Origin: Candidatus Eiseniibacteriota bacterium
GTDB taxonomy: Bacteria; Eisenbacteria; RBG-16-71-46
NCBI GenBank assembly: GCA_041483195.1
Contig: JBGPFC010000038.1
Location: forward strand, 1-33,584
Reading direction: 5' to 3'
Length of the DNA stretch: 33,584 nucleotides
The notes under the pieces are model-generated. The model worked only from the letters and a program-made list of their open reading frames with translations, was not told the DNA's origin and did not search any database. Below, piece after piece: positions 26,884 to 33,584 of the stretch (position 1 is the first letter of the stretch; each line of letters opens with the position of its first letter). The translations under genes and the position numbers were made by a program.

Positions 26884-27669
26884 CTACCGCGGCCGGAAGG
26901 GCATCTGCATGAGCCTCAGCAGCTCGCGCCCCTCCTCGTCGGTGCTCGCGCTGGTCACGATCGTGACGTCCATGCCGCGAACCTTCCCCACCTTCTCGAT
27001 ATTGATCTCGGGAAAGATGATCTGCTCGGTGAGTCCCATCGTGTAGTTGCCGCGGCCGTCGAACGAGCGCGGGTTGAGTCCGCGAAAATCCCGGATGCGC
27101 GGCACCGCGACGTTCACCAGACGGTCGTAGAACTCGTACATGCGCGCGCCGCGCAGCGTCACCGCGCAGCCGATCGCGACGCCCTCGCGCAGTTTGAAAT
27201 TCGAGATCGACTTCTTCGCGCGCCGCAGCGCCGGCTTCTGCCCCGCGATCTGCGCCAGCTCGTTCATCGCGATTTCCAGCTGCTTGGCGTCCTGGGTCGC
27301 GTCGCCCACTCCCATGTTCAGCACGATCTTCGTCATGCGCGGGGCCTGCATGGTGCTGCCGTACTTGAAGTGCTCAACGAGCGCCGGCCGCACCTTCTCT
27401 TCGTAGAAGCGCGCGAGGCGCGGCTTCTCGGCGGGCCCGCGCGGCCGCTCCTTCGCGAGCGTGACCGTCTGGCCGCCCGCGTCCTTCGGGCCCCGGCCGC
27501 CCTTCTCGGCGCGCGGGGCTTTCGCGGCCTTGGCGGCCTTCTCGGGAGCCTTGGCCGCCTTCTCGGGGGCGCCGGCGGCCTTGTCGGCCTTGTCGGCCTT
27601 GTTGGCCTTCTCGGCCTTCTCGGTCTTGTCGGGCGACGGTGCGCCCTTCGGCTTCTTCTCGTCTGCCAT
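26884..27669 (-). CDS. rplE: 50S ribosomal protein uL5 with ~80-aa Lys/Ala-rich N-terminal extension
   Basis: ATG 27669 with GGAG upstream; core [45 protein letters not shown]. Confidence 0.95.
   Translation of the reverse strand: MADEKKPKGAPSPDKTEKAEKANKADKADKAAGAPEKAAKAPEKAAKAAKAPRAEKGGRGPKDAGGQTVTLAKERPRGPAEKPRLARFYEEKVRPALVEHFKYGSTMQAPRMTKIVLNMGVGDATQDAKQLEIAMNELAQIAGQKPALRRAKKSISNFKLREGVAIGCAVTLRGARMYEFYDRLVNVAVPRIRDFRGLNPRSFDGRGNYTMGLTEQIIFPEINIEKVGKVRGMDVTIVTSASTDEEGRELLRLMQMPFRPR
27529..27630. repeat. Coding tandem repeats in the uL5 extension
   Basis: 6 x 9-bp degenerate GGCCTT(G/C)TC (27577-27630) and 2 x 21-bp unit encoding APEKAAK (27529-27570). Confidence 0.85.
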
Positions 27670-27681
27670 GCGGGTTCGTCT

Positions 27682-27733
27682 CCAGGGTCTTGAGCCCCGC
27701 CGTCCCCTCGACCCTGGTGCCTCGGGACGGCGG
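27682..27733 (-). promoter_or_regulatory. Candidate cis-regulatory RNA (pseudoknot or switch) in the rplX-rplE spacer
   Basis: Two interleaved perfect inverted repeats of 10 bp and 8 bp; the second overlaps the rplE SD. Confidence 0.55.
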
Positions 27734-27778
27734 CGGACCTCAGTTTCTCGGTCCAACTCCTCGTGTTCGCGACTCTCG

Positions 27779-28105
27779 CTATTCGGGCTTCGCCAGCACC
27801 TCGCCGCTCACCTTGGACACCCGCTCGCGCGTGCCATCCGGCAGCGTGCGCACGCTCATGCGCGTGCCGCGTTCGTGGCGTGCGTCGTAGAGCAGGACGT
27901 TCGAGATGTGAACCGGCGCCTCCTTCTCGATGATCCCGCTATGCACGCCCGCCTTGCGGGCCTTGGTGTGGCGCTTCACGAAGTTCACCTTCTCGATGAG
28001 GACGCGCTGCTTCGCCTCGTCCACCGCCAGCACGCGGCCGACCTTGCCCTTGTCGTCGCCGGCGATGACCTGCACCGTGTCGCCCTTGCGGATCTTGATC
28101 GACAT
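27779..28105 (-). CDS. rplX: 50S ribosomal protein uL24
   Basis: ATG 28105; [29 protein letters not shown]. Confidence 0.97.
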   Translation of the reverse strand: MSIKIRKGDTVQVIAGDDKGKVGRVLAVDEAKQRVLIEKVNFVKRHTKARKAGVHSGIIEKEAPVHISNVLLYDARHERGTRMSVRTLPDGTRERVSKVSGEVLAKPE

Positions 28106-28473
28106 CAGATGACCTCCGGCGCGAGCGAGATGATCTTCATGAACGCCTTCTCGCGCAGCTCGCGCGCCACCGGGCCGAAGATGCGCGTACCGCGCGGCTC
28201 CTTGTCGTCGTTGATCAGCACCACCGCGTTCTCGTCGAAGCGGATGTACGAGCCGTCCTTGCGCCGGCCTTCCTTGACCGCCCGCACCACCACCGCCTTC
28301 GCGACGTCGCCCTTCTTCACGGCCGCGCCGGGGATCGCGTCCTTGATCGACACCACCACGATGTCGCCCAGACGCCCGTAGCGCTTGTGGTGCCCGCCCA
28401 GCACCTTGATGCACTGCGCGCGCTTCGCGCCCGAGTTGTCAGCGACCGTCACCATGGTTCGCAACTGGATCAT
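28105..28473 (-). CDS. rplN: 50S ribosomal protein uL14
   Basis: [44 protein letters not shown]. Confidence 0.98.
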   Translation of the reverse strand: MIQLRTMVTVADNSGAKRAQCIKVLGGHHKRYGRLGDIVVVSIKDAIPGAAVKKGDVAKAVVVRAVKEGRRKDGSYIRFDENAVVLINDDKEPRGTRIFGPVARELREKAFMKIISLAPEVI

Positions 28474-28491
28474 GACGTCACTCCCGCGGCG

Positions 28492-28758
28492 CTACTTCGC
28501 GCGCTCGACAAATTCCACGAACCGCCAGCGCTTGTCCTTGGACAGCGGCCGGGTTTCCATGAAGCGAACGACGTCGCCGATGTGGCACTCGTTCTTCTCG
28601 TCATGCACCTTGAATTTCGCGCGGCGCCGCACGTAGCGGCCGTAGGTCGGATGCTTCACCAGGCGCTCGATGGAGACCACGATCGTCTTGTCCATCCGGT
28701 CGCTCACGACCTTGCCCACCCGCAGCTTCCTGCGATTTCGCGGTTCCAGCGTCGTCAT
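28492..28758 (-). CDS. rpsQ: 30S ribosomal protein uS17
   Basis: ATG 28758; [37 protein letters not shown]. Confidence 0.97.
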   Translation of the reverse strand: MTTLEPRNRRKLRVGKVVSDRMDKTIVVSIERLVKHPTYGRYVRRRAKFKVHDEKNECHIGDVVRFMETRPLSKDKRWRFVEFVERAK

Positions 28759-28822
28759 GTGTCTCCACACCTCCCTACGAGCGCCGGGCCGGACGTGAAC
28801 GCCGGTGGCGCGGACGCGCGCG

Positions 28823-29035
28823 TCACGCCTTCCCGGCGGCGCGCTCCTTTTCCGAAAGCACCGTGAGCAGCCGCGCGATCTCGCGCCGGCCCGCACGGAT
28901 CTTGAGCGGGTTGTCGAGCTGCTTCATCGAGTTGCGGAAGCGAAGGTTGAACATCTCCTCGCGCAGCTCCGTGACCCGCAGCCGGATCTCGTCCAGCGTC
29001 TGCTCGCGCACGGCGGAAGCCTTGAGTCCGGGCAC
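28823..29035 (-). CDS. rpmC: 50S ribosomal protein uL29
   Basis: [26 protein letters not shown]; position between rplP and rpsQ. Confidence 0.94.
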   Translation of the reverse strand: MPGLKASAVREQTLDEIRLRVTELREEMFNLRFRNSMKQLDNPLKIRAGRREIARLLTVLSEKERAAGKA

Positions 29036-29036
29036 G

Positions 29037-29459
29037 TCACTCCCCTCCCAGCTGATGGCGTTCCACGAACCGCGTGCGAATCGGCAGCTTGGACGCGCCC
29101 AGCTTCATCGCGGCCTGGGCCAACGGCCGCGTAATGCCTTCGAGCTCGAACATCACGCGACCGGGCTTGATCACGGCGACCCAGAATTCGGGAGCGCCCT
29201 TGCCCTTGCCCATGCGCGTTTCGGCCGGCTTCTTCGTGACCGGCTTGTCCGGGAACACGCGGATCCACATTTTTCCGCCGCGCTTGATGCTGCGGGTGAT
29301 CGCGACCCGCGCCGCCTCGATCTGGCGGTTCGTGATCCACGCCGGCTCGAGCGCCTGCAGCCCGTATTCGCCGAACACCACGCCGCCGCCGCGATACGCC
29401 TTGCCGCGCATGCGACCGCGCTGCTGCTTACGGTACTTGACTCGCTTCGGCATCAACAT
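29037..29459 (-). CDS. rplP: 50S ribosomal protein uL16
   Basis: [42 protein letters not shown]. Confidence 0.98.
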   Translation of the reverse strand: MLMPKRVKYRKQQRGRMRGKAYRGGGVVFGEYGLQALEPAWITNRQIEAARVAITRSIKRGGKMWIRVFPDKPVTKKPAETRMGKGKGAPEFWVAVIKPGRVMFELEGITRPLAQAAMKLGASKLPIRTRFVERHQLGGE

Positions 29460-29471
29460 GGATAGAGGCTC

Positions 29472-30134
29472 CTACTTCGTGGTCGCCGCCGGGGCGCCGG
29501 GCTGCAACTTGTCGAGCACTTCGCCGTGGAACATCCAGACCTTGACACCGCAGGTGCCGTACGCCGTGTTCGCCGTCGCGCGCGCAAAATCGATGTCGGC
29601 GCGCAGCGTGTGAAGCGGCACGCGTCCTTCGCGGTAGGTTTCGTAGCGCGCCATCTCGGACCCGCCGAGGCGGCCAGAGGCCGCGACGCGGATCCCCTTC
29701 GCGCCCGCCCGCATGGAGGAGGCGATCGCCTTCTTCATCGCGCGGCGGAATGAGACGCGCTGCTCGAGCTGCTTCGCGATGTGCTCGGCGACCAGCTGGG
29801 CGTCGAGGTCGGCGCGCTTGATCTCCTCGATGTTGAGCTGCACGTGCTTGCCGGTGAGCTTCTTCATCTCCTCGGAGAGCTTGTCCACCTGCTCGCCCTT
29901 GCGGCCGATCACGAGGCCCGGGCGCGCGGTCCGGATGCCGATCGTCACGCGATCGCCCTTGCGCTCGATCGTGATCTTCGAGATCCCCGCCTGGTAGAGG
30001 CGCTTCTTGAGATACCGCTTGATGAGCAGGTCCTCGCGTAGCAGCTCCGCGAAATTGCGCTTGGCGAACCAGCGCGAATCCCAGGTCTTGACGATCCCGA
30101 GCCGCAGCCCGATGGGGTTGGTTTTCTGACCCAT
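29472..30134 (-). CDS. rpsC: 30S ribosomal protein uS3
   Basis: [37 protein letters not shown]. Confidence 0.98.
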   Translation of the reverse strand: MGQKTNPIGLRLGIVKTWDSRWFAKRNFAELLREDLLIKRYLKKRLYQAGISKITIERKGDRVTIGIRTARPGLVIGRKGEQVDKLSEEMKKLTGKHVQLNIEEIKRADLDAQLVAEHIAKQLEQRVSFRRAMKKAIASSMRAGAKGIRVAASGRLGGSEMARYETYREGRVPLHTLRADIDFARATANTAYGTCGVKVWMFHGEVLDKLQPGAPAATTK

Positions 30135-30135
30135 G

Positions 30136-30477
30136 TTATCGCGACTCCCTCGTCGCCACGGTCACCGACACGTGGCTCATGCGCTTCAAGAGCGGGGTGG
30201 CCCGGCCCTGGGCCCGCGGCAGCCAGCGCTTGAGCGTCGGCCCCGCACCCACCACGGCTTCCTTCACGAACAGGTCCTCGATACGCACCTTGCCCTCGTG
30301 GAGCGCGTTCGCCACCGCCGACTTCAGCACCTTCTGCACGATGCGGGCGCCGTTCTTCGGCGTGAACTGGAGCGTGTTCTGCGCCTGCTCCACGGTCTGA
30401 CCGCGGATCAGGCCGAGCACCTGGTTGCACTTGCGCGGCGTGATGCGCACGTACCGCTGAATGGCTTTCGCTTCCAT
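30136..30477 (-). CDS. rplV: 50S ribosomal protein uL22
   Basis: [31 protein letters not shown]. Confidence 0.97.
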   Translation of the reverse strand: MEAKAIQRYVRITPRKCNQVLGLIRGQTVEQAQNTLQFTPKNGARIVQKVLKSAVANALHEGKVRIEDLFVKEAVVGAGPTLKRWLPRAQGRATPLLKRMSHVSVTVATRESR

Positions 30478-30478
30478 G

Positions 30479-30775
30479 TCAGGCTGGCTTTCCGGGCACC
30501 GGCACCTTCTCGGCGACGTGCTGTCCGTGGCCGCGGAACACGCGGGTCGGAACGAATTCGCCGAGCTTGTGGCCGACCATGTTTTCGGTCACGTAAATCG
30601 GGATGAACTTGTTGCCGTTGTGCACGGCCAGCGTGTGGCCGACGAAGTCGGGGAGGATGGTGCAGCGGCGCGCCCAGGTCTTCATCACGCGCTTCTCTCC
30701 GCTCCGGTTGAGCGTCTCGATCTTCTTCACGAGGGACTCGACGACGTAAGGTCCCTTCTTGATGGAACGCGCCAT
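30479..30775 (-). CDS. rpsS: 30S ribosomal protein uS19
   Basis: ATG 30775; [24 protein letters not shown]. Confidence 0.97.
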   Translation of the reverse strand: MARSIKKGPYVVESLVKKIETLNRSGEKRVMKTWARRCTILPDFVGHTLAVHNGNKFIPIYVTENMVGHKLGEFVPTRVFRGHGQHVAEKVPVPGKPA

Positions 30776-30789
30776 GAGATCCCCTCTCC

Positions 30790-31614
30790 CTACTTCTTCC
30801 GCCGGCGCACGATGAGCGAATCGCTCAGCTTGCGCTTGCGTGTCTTGAGACCCTTCGTGATCTTGCCCCACGGCGAGCACGGATGGCGCCCGCCCGAAGA
30901 CTTGCCCTCGCCGCCGCCCATCGGGTGGTCGACCGGGTTCATCGCGACGCCGCGCACGCTCGGCGCGCGACCCAACCACCGCGACCGGCCCGCCTTGCCC
31001 AGCGACACGTTCTCGTGATCGATGTTGCCGACCTGGCCCACCACCGCGCGGCAGTTCACGTGGAACTTGCGCACCTCGCCGGACGGCAGGCGCAGCTGGG
31101 CGTAGTCGCCTTCCTTCGCCATCAGCTGGCAGAACGCGCCGGCCGAGCGCGCGATGCGCGATGCCCGGCCCGGGAACAGCTCGACGTTGTGGATGTTGGT
31201 GCCGAGCGGAATGCCCTTCAGCGGGAGGCAGTTGCCGGGCTTGATCTCGGCCTCCGCGCCCGACTGGAGCAGCTCGCCGACCTTGAGCCCGTCCGGCGCC
31301 ACGATATAACGGCGCTCGCCGTCGACGTAGTTGAGCAGCGCGATGCGCGCCGAGCGGTTCGGATCGTACTCGATGCTCGCGACCCGCGCCGGAATGCCGT
31401 CCTTGTCGCGGCGGAAGTCGATGATGCGATAGCGGCGCTTGTGACCGCCGCTGATCCAGCGCATCGAGATGTGCCCGCGATTGTCGCGGCCGCCGGTCTT
31501 GTAGAGCCGCTCGGTGAGCGACTTGACGGGCCGGCTGCGCGTGAGCTCCGAGAAGTCCGGCATGACCGTATGCCGGAGCGTCGGCGTCACCGGACGAAAT
31601 TTCTTGAGACCCAT
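30790..31614 (-). CDS. rplB: 50S ribosomal protein uL2
   Basis: [45 protein letters not shown]. Confidence 0.98.
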   Translation of the reverse strand: MGLKKFRPVTPTLRHTVMPDFSELTRSRPVKSLTERLYKTGGRDNRGHISMRWISGGHKRRYRIIDFRRDKDGIPARVASIEYDPNRSARIALLNYVDGERRYIVAPDGLKVGELLQSGAEAEIKPGNCLPLKGIPLGTNIHNVELFPGRASRIARSAGAFCQLMAKEGDYAQLRLPSGEVRKFHVNCRAVVGQVGNIDHENVSLGKAGRSRWLGRAPSVRGVAMNPVDHPMGGGEGKSSGGRHPCSPWGKITKGLKTRKRKLSDSLIVRRRKK

Positions 31615-31627
31615 GGCTCCCTCGTTC

Positions 31628-31918
31628 TCAGATCTGCTCGAACAGCTCGATCTTCTGATCGGGCATGAGCGTCACGATCGCCTTTTTCCAGTCGCTGCGC
31701 CGTCCGGCGTAGCGTCCCTGCCGCTTGAGCTTGCCGCGGATCTGCATGGTGCGCACCCCGCGCACCTTCACCGAGAAGATGGTCTCGACCGCCTGCTTGA
31801 TCTCGATGCGGTTGGCGTCGCGGGCCACCTGGAACGCGTACTGGTTCTGCTTCTCGCGCAGCACCGTGCCCTTCTCGGTGATGAGCGCCTTCTGCACGAT
31901 CGAGCGCGGATCCTTCAT
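31628..31918 (-). CDS. rplW: 50S ribosomal protein uL23
   Basis: ATG 31918; [22 protein letters not shown]. Confidence 0.96.
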   Translation of the reverse strand: MKDPRSIVQKALITEKGTVLREKQNQYAFQVARDANRIEIKQAVETIFSVKVRGVRTMQIRGKLKRQGRYAGRRSDWKKAIVTLMPDQKIELFEQI

Positions 31919-32541
31919 CGGACGAAGACCTCCTTGACGCGATCGAGGCCCGAGGCGGTGATCAGTAGCGCCTCCGAGTCGAGCAGCTCGTACGGGTTGA
32001 GCTGGTGCGCGAGCGTCGTCTTCAGGTTGGGCAGATTGCGGCACGACTTCACGACGATCGGATCCGCCTCGCTCATCACCAGCAGCGTGCGCTTCGAAGC
32101 CAGCCCCAGCCGGTCGAGGACCTCGGCCATCGCGCGCGTCTTCGGGGCCTCGAACGCGAGCGCATCGAGCACGGTGATGGCGTTCTCGTTCGCCATCTGC
32201 GAGAGCGCGGAGGCGAGCGCCGCCCGGCGCTGCTTCTTCGGCAGCTCGGTGCGGTGGTCGTGCGGCTTCGGGCCGAACGCGCGGCCGCCGCCCGGCCACA
32301 ACGGCGAGGTGTTGGAGCCCGCGCGCGCGCGCCCGGTGCCCTTCTGCTTCCACGGCTTGCGTCCGCCGCCCGAGACGTCGCCCCGCGACTTGACCTTGGC
32401 GGTGCCCTGGCGCTGATTGCCCAGATGGCGCTTCACGGACAGCCACAGCACATGCTCGAGCACGGGCTGAGCGAACAGCTCGTCCGGGAGCGCGGCCTGT
32501 CCCTTTTCGCTGCCGTCGACGCCGACGATCCTCGCGTTCAT
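31915..32541 (-). CDS. rplD: 50S ribosomal protein uL4
   Basis: RQGTAKVKSRGDVSGGGRKPWKQKGTGRAR, GGGRAFGPKP. Confidence 0.97.
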   Translation of the reverse strand: MNARIVGVDGSEKGQAALPDELFAQPVLEHVLWLSVKRHLGNQRQGTAKVKSRGDVSGGGRKPWKQKGTGRARAGSNTSPLWPGGGRAFGPKPHDHRTELPKKQRRAALASALSQMANENAITVLDALAFEAPKTRAMAEVLDRLGLASKRTLLVMSEADPIVVKSCRNLPNLKTTLAHQLNPYELLDSEALLITASGLDRVKEVFVR

Positions 32542-32543
32542 GG

Positions 32544-33167
32544 CTACTCTTCCTGCCGGTGGACGTACACCAGCCCGTTGGTGGGACCCGGCACCGCTCC
32601 GCGCACCAGCAGCACGTTCTGCTCGGCGTCCACCGCGACCACTTCCAGATTCTTGATGGTGAGGTTCACACCGCCCATCCGGCCCGGCAGCCGCTTGCCC
32701 TTGATGACGCGCGACGGATAGGCCGATGAGCCGATCGAGCCCGGCTGCTTACCCGCGGTGGGACCGTGCGAGGCGTGTCCGGCCGCGAAGCCGTGACGCT
32801 TGACGACGCCCGCGAAGCCGCGGCCCTTGGTGACGCCCTGCACGTCGACGCGCCGGCCCTTCTCGAAGATCGCGACCGTCAGGCTCTGGCCAAGCGTGTA
32901 CCCGGACGGATCCGCGATGCGGAATTCGGCGAGGTGGCGCGCGGGGGGCAGGTTGCGCTTCTTGAACTGCCCGAGCACCGGGCGGCTGAAGCGCGACTCC
33001 TTGTTGCTTCCGAACCCGAGCTGCAGCGCGGCGTATCCGTTGCGCTCGCCGTTGCGCAGCTCGGTCACGGTGCAGGGGCCGGCCTCGATCACGGTGACCG
33101 GGATCGCCTCGCCCTTCTCGTCGAAGATCTGGGTCATCCCGACCTTCTTGCCGATGAGTCCAATCAT
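32544..33167 (-). CDS. rplC: 50S ribosomal protein uL3
   Basis: [49 protein letters not shown]. Confidence 0.97.
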   Translation of the reverse strand: MIGLIGKKVGMTQIFDEKGEAIPVTVIEAGPCTVTELRNGERNGYAALQLGFGSNKESRFSRPVLGQFKKRNLPPARHLAEFRIADPSGYTLGQSLTVAIFEKGRRVDVQGVTKGRGFAGVVKRHGFAAGHASHGPTAGKQPGSIGSSAYPSRVIKGKRLPGRMGGVNLTIKNLEVVAVDAEQNVLLVRGAVPGPTNGLVYVHRQEE

Positions 33168-33469
33168 GTCTTGATCTCGATGTCGACACCCGCGGGGATG
33201 TCGAGCTTCTCGAGAGCCTCCATCGTTTGCGCGGTCGAGCGCGTGATGTCGATCAGCCGCTTGTGAATGCGGATCTCGAACTGCTCGCGCGATTTCTTGT
33301 CGACGTGCGGGCTGCGGAGCACGGTGTAGACGGTCTTCTTGGTCGGGAGCGGCACCGGACCCGAGGTGACGGCTCCGGTGCGACGCGCCGTGCGCACGAT
33401 CTCGGACGCCGACTGGTCCAGCGTCGCGTGATCGTAGGACTTCAACTTGATGCGGATCTTCTGAAGCAT
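33164..33469 (-). CDS. rpsJ: 30S ribosomal protein uS10
   Basis: [31 protein letters not shown]. Confidence 0.98.
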   Translation of the reverse strand: MLQKIRIKLKSYDHATLDQSASEIVRTARRTGAVTSGPVPLPTKKTVYTVLRSPHVDKKSREQFEIRIHKRLIDITRSTAQTMEALEKLDIPAGVDIEIKT

Positions 33470-33485
33470 CGGTCCCGTCCCCGCC

Positions 33486-33584
33486 TTAGGCGATGATCTC
33501 GGCGACCACGCCGGCCCCGACCGTGCGGCCGCCTTCGCGAATCGCGAAGCGCAGCCCGCCTTCCATCGCGATCGGCGTGATCAA
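33486..33584 (-). CDS. tuf: Elongation factor Tu, 3' fragment (truncated by window edge)
   Basis: Manual translation [36 protein letters not shown]. Confidence 0.96.
   Translation of the reverse strand: MITPIAMEGGLRFAIREGGRTVGAGVVAEIIA

Noticed and set aside
27577..27630. Tandem repeats as a CRISPR array
   Set aside because: 9-bp in-frame coding repeats without spacers; no cas genes
27670..27756. Longer rplE start at 27756 from the ORF track
   Set aside because: ATG 27669 has a GGAG SD and the upstream segment is better explained as structured RNA; not fully excluded
28759..28822. Possible hairpin in the rpmC-rpsQ spacer
   Set aside because: Short interrupted GC stems, expected by chance at this GC content

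Overview
Very GC-rich bacterial chromosomal window. A Por/T9SS-type C-terminal sorting domain on a secreted protein suggests an FCB-related lineage such as Ca. Eisenbacteria (inference only). The right half (17.8-33.6 kb, minus strand) is a complete, contiguous tuf(3' end)-S10-spc-secY-adk-map-infA-rpmJ-alpha ribosomal super-operon. The left half carries ettA, a SAM methyltransferase and ispG on the plus strand. On the minus strand it carries a GHL10 glycoside hydrolase, typA/bipA, a translationally coupled signalling operon (hybrid kinase, single-domain receiver, receiver with a 4-Cys tail), an SDR, an orphan kinase, tRNA-Asn, DUF423, a YkuD-Mur ligase fusion and an M43 metallopeptidase. Best novelty candidates: (1) one cytoplasmic protein fusing an ElsL-like YkuD domain to a non-canonical MurC/Mpl ligase, possibly a one-protein peptidoglycan-recycling unit; (2) a pseudoknot or RNA switch covering the rplE Shine-Dalgarno; (3) a two-component module resembling cyanobacterial HepK/HepN-DevR behind a sigma28-like promoter; (4) an M43 peptidase lacking its Met-turn segment. 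No mobile elements, CRISPR arrays or rRNA were seen. Family assignments come from motif recognition; no database searches were run.
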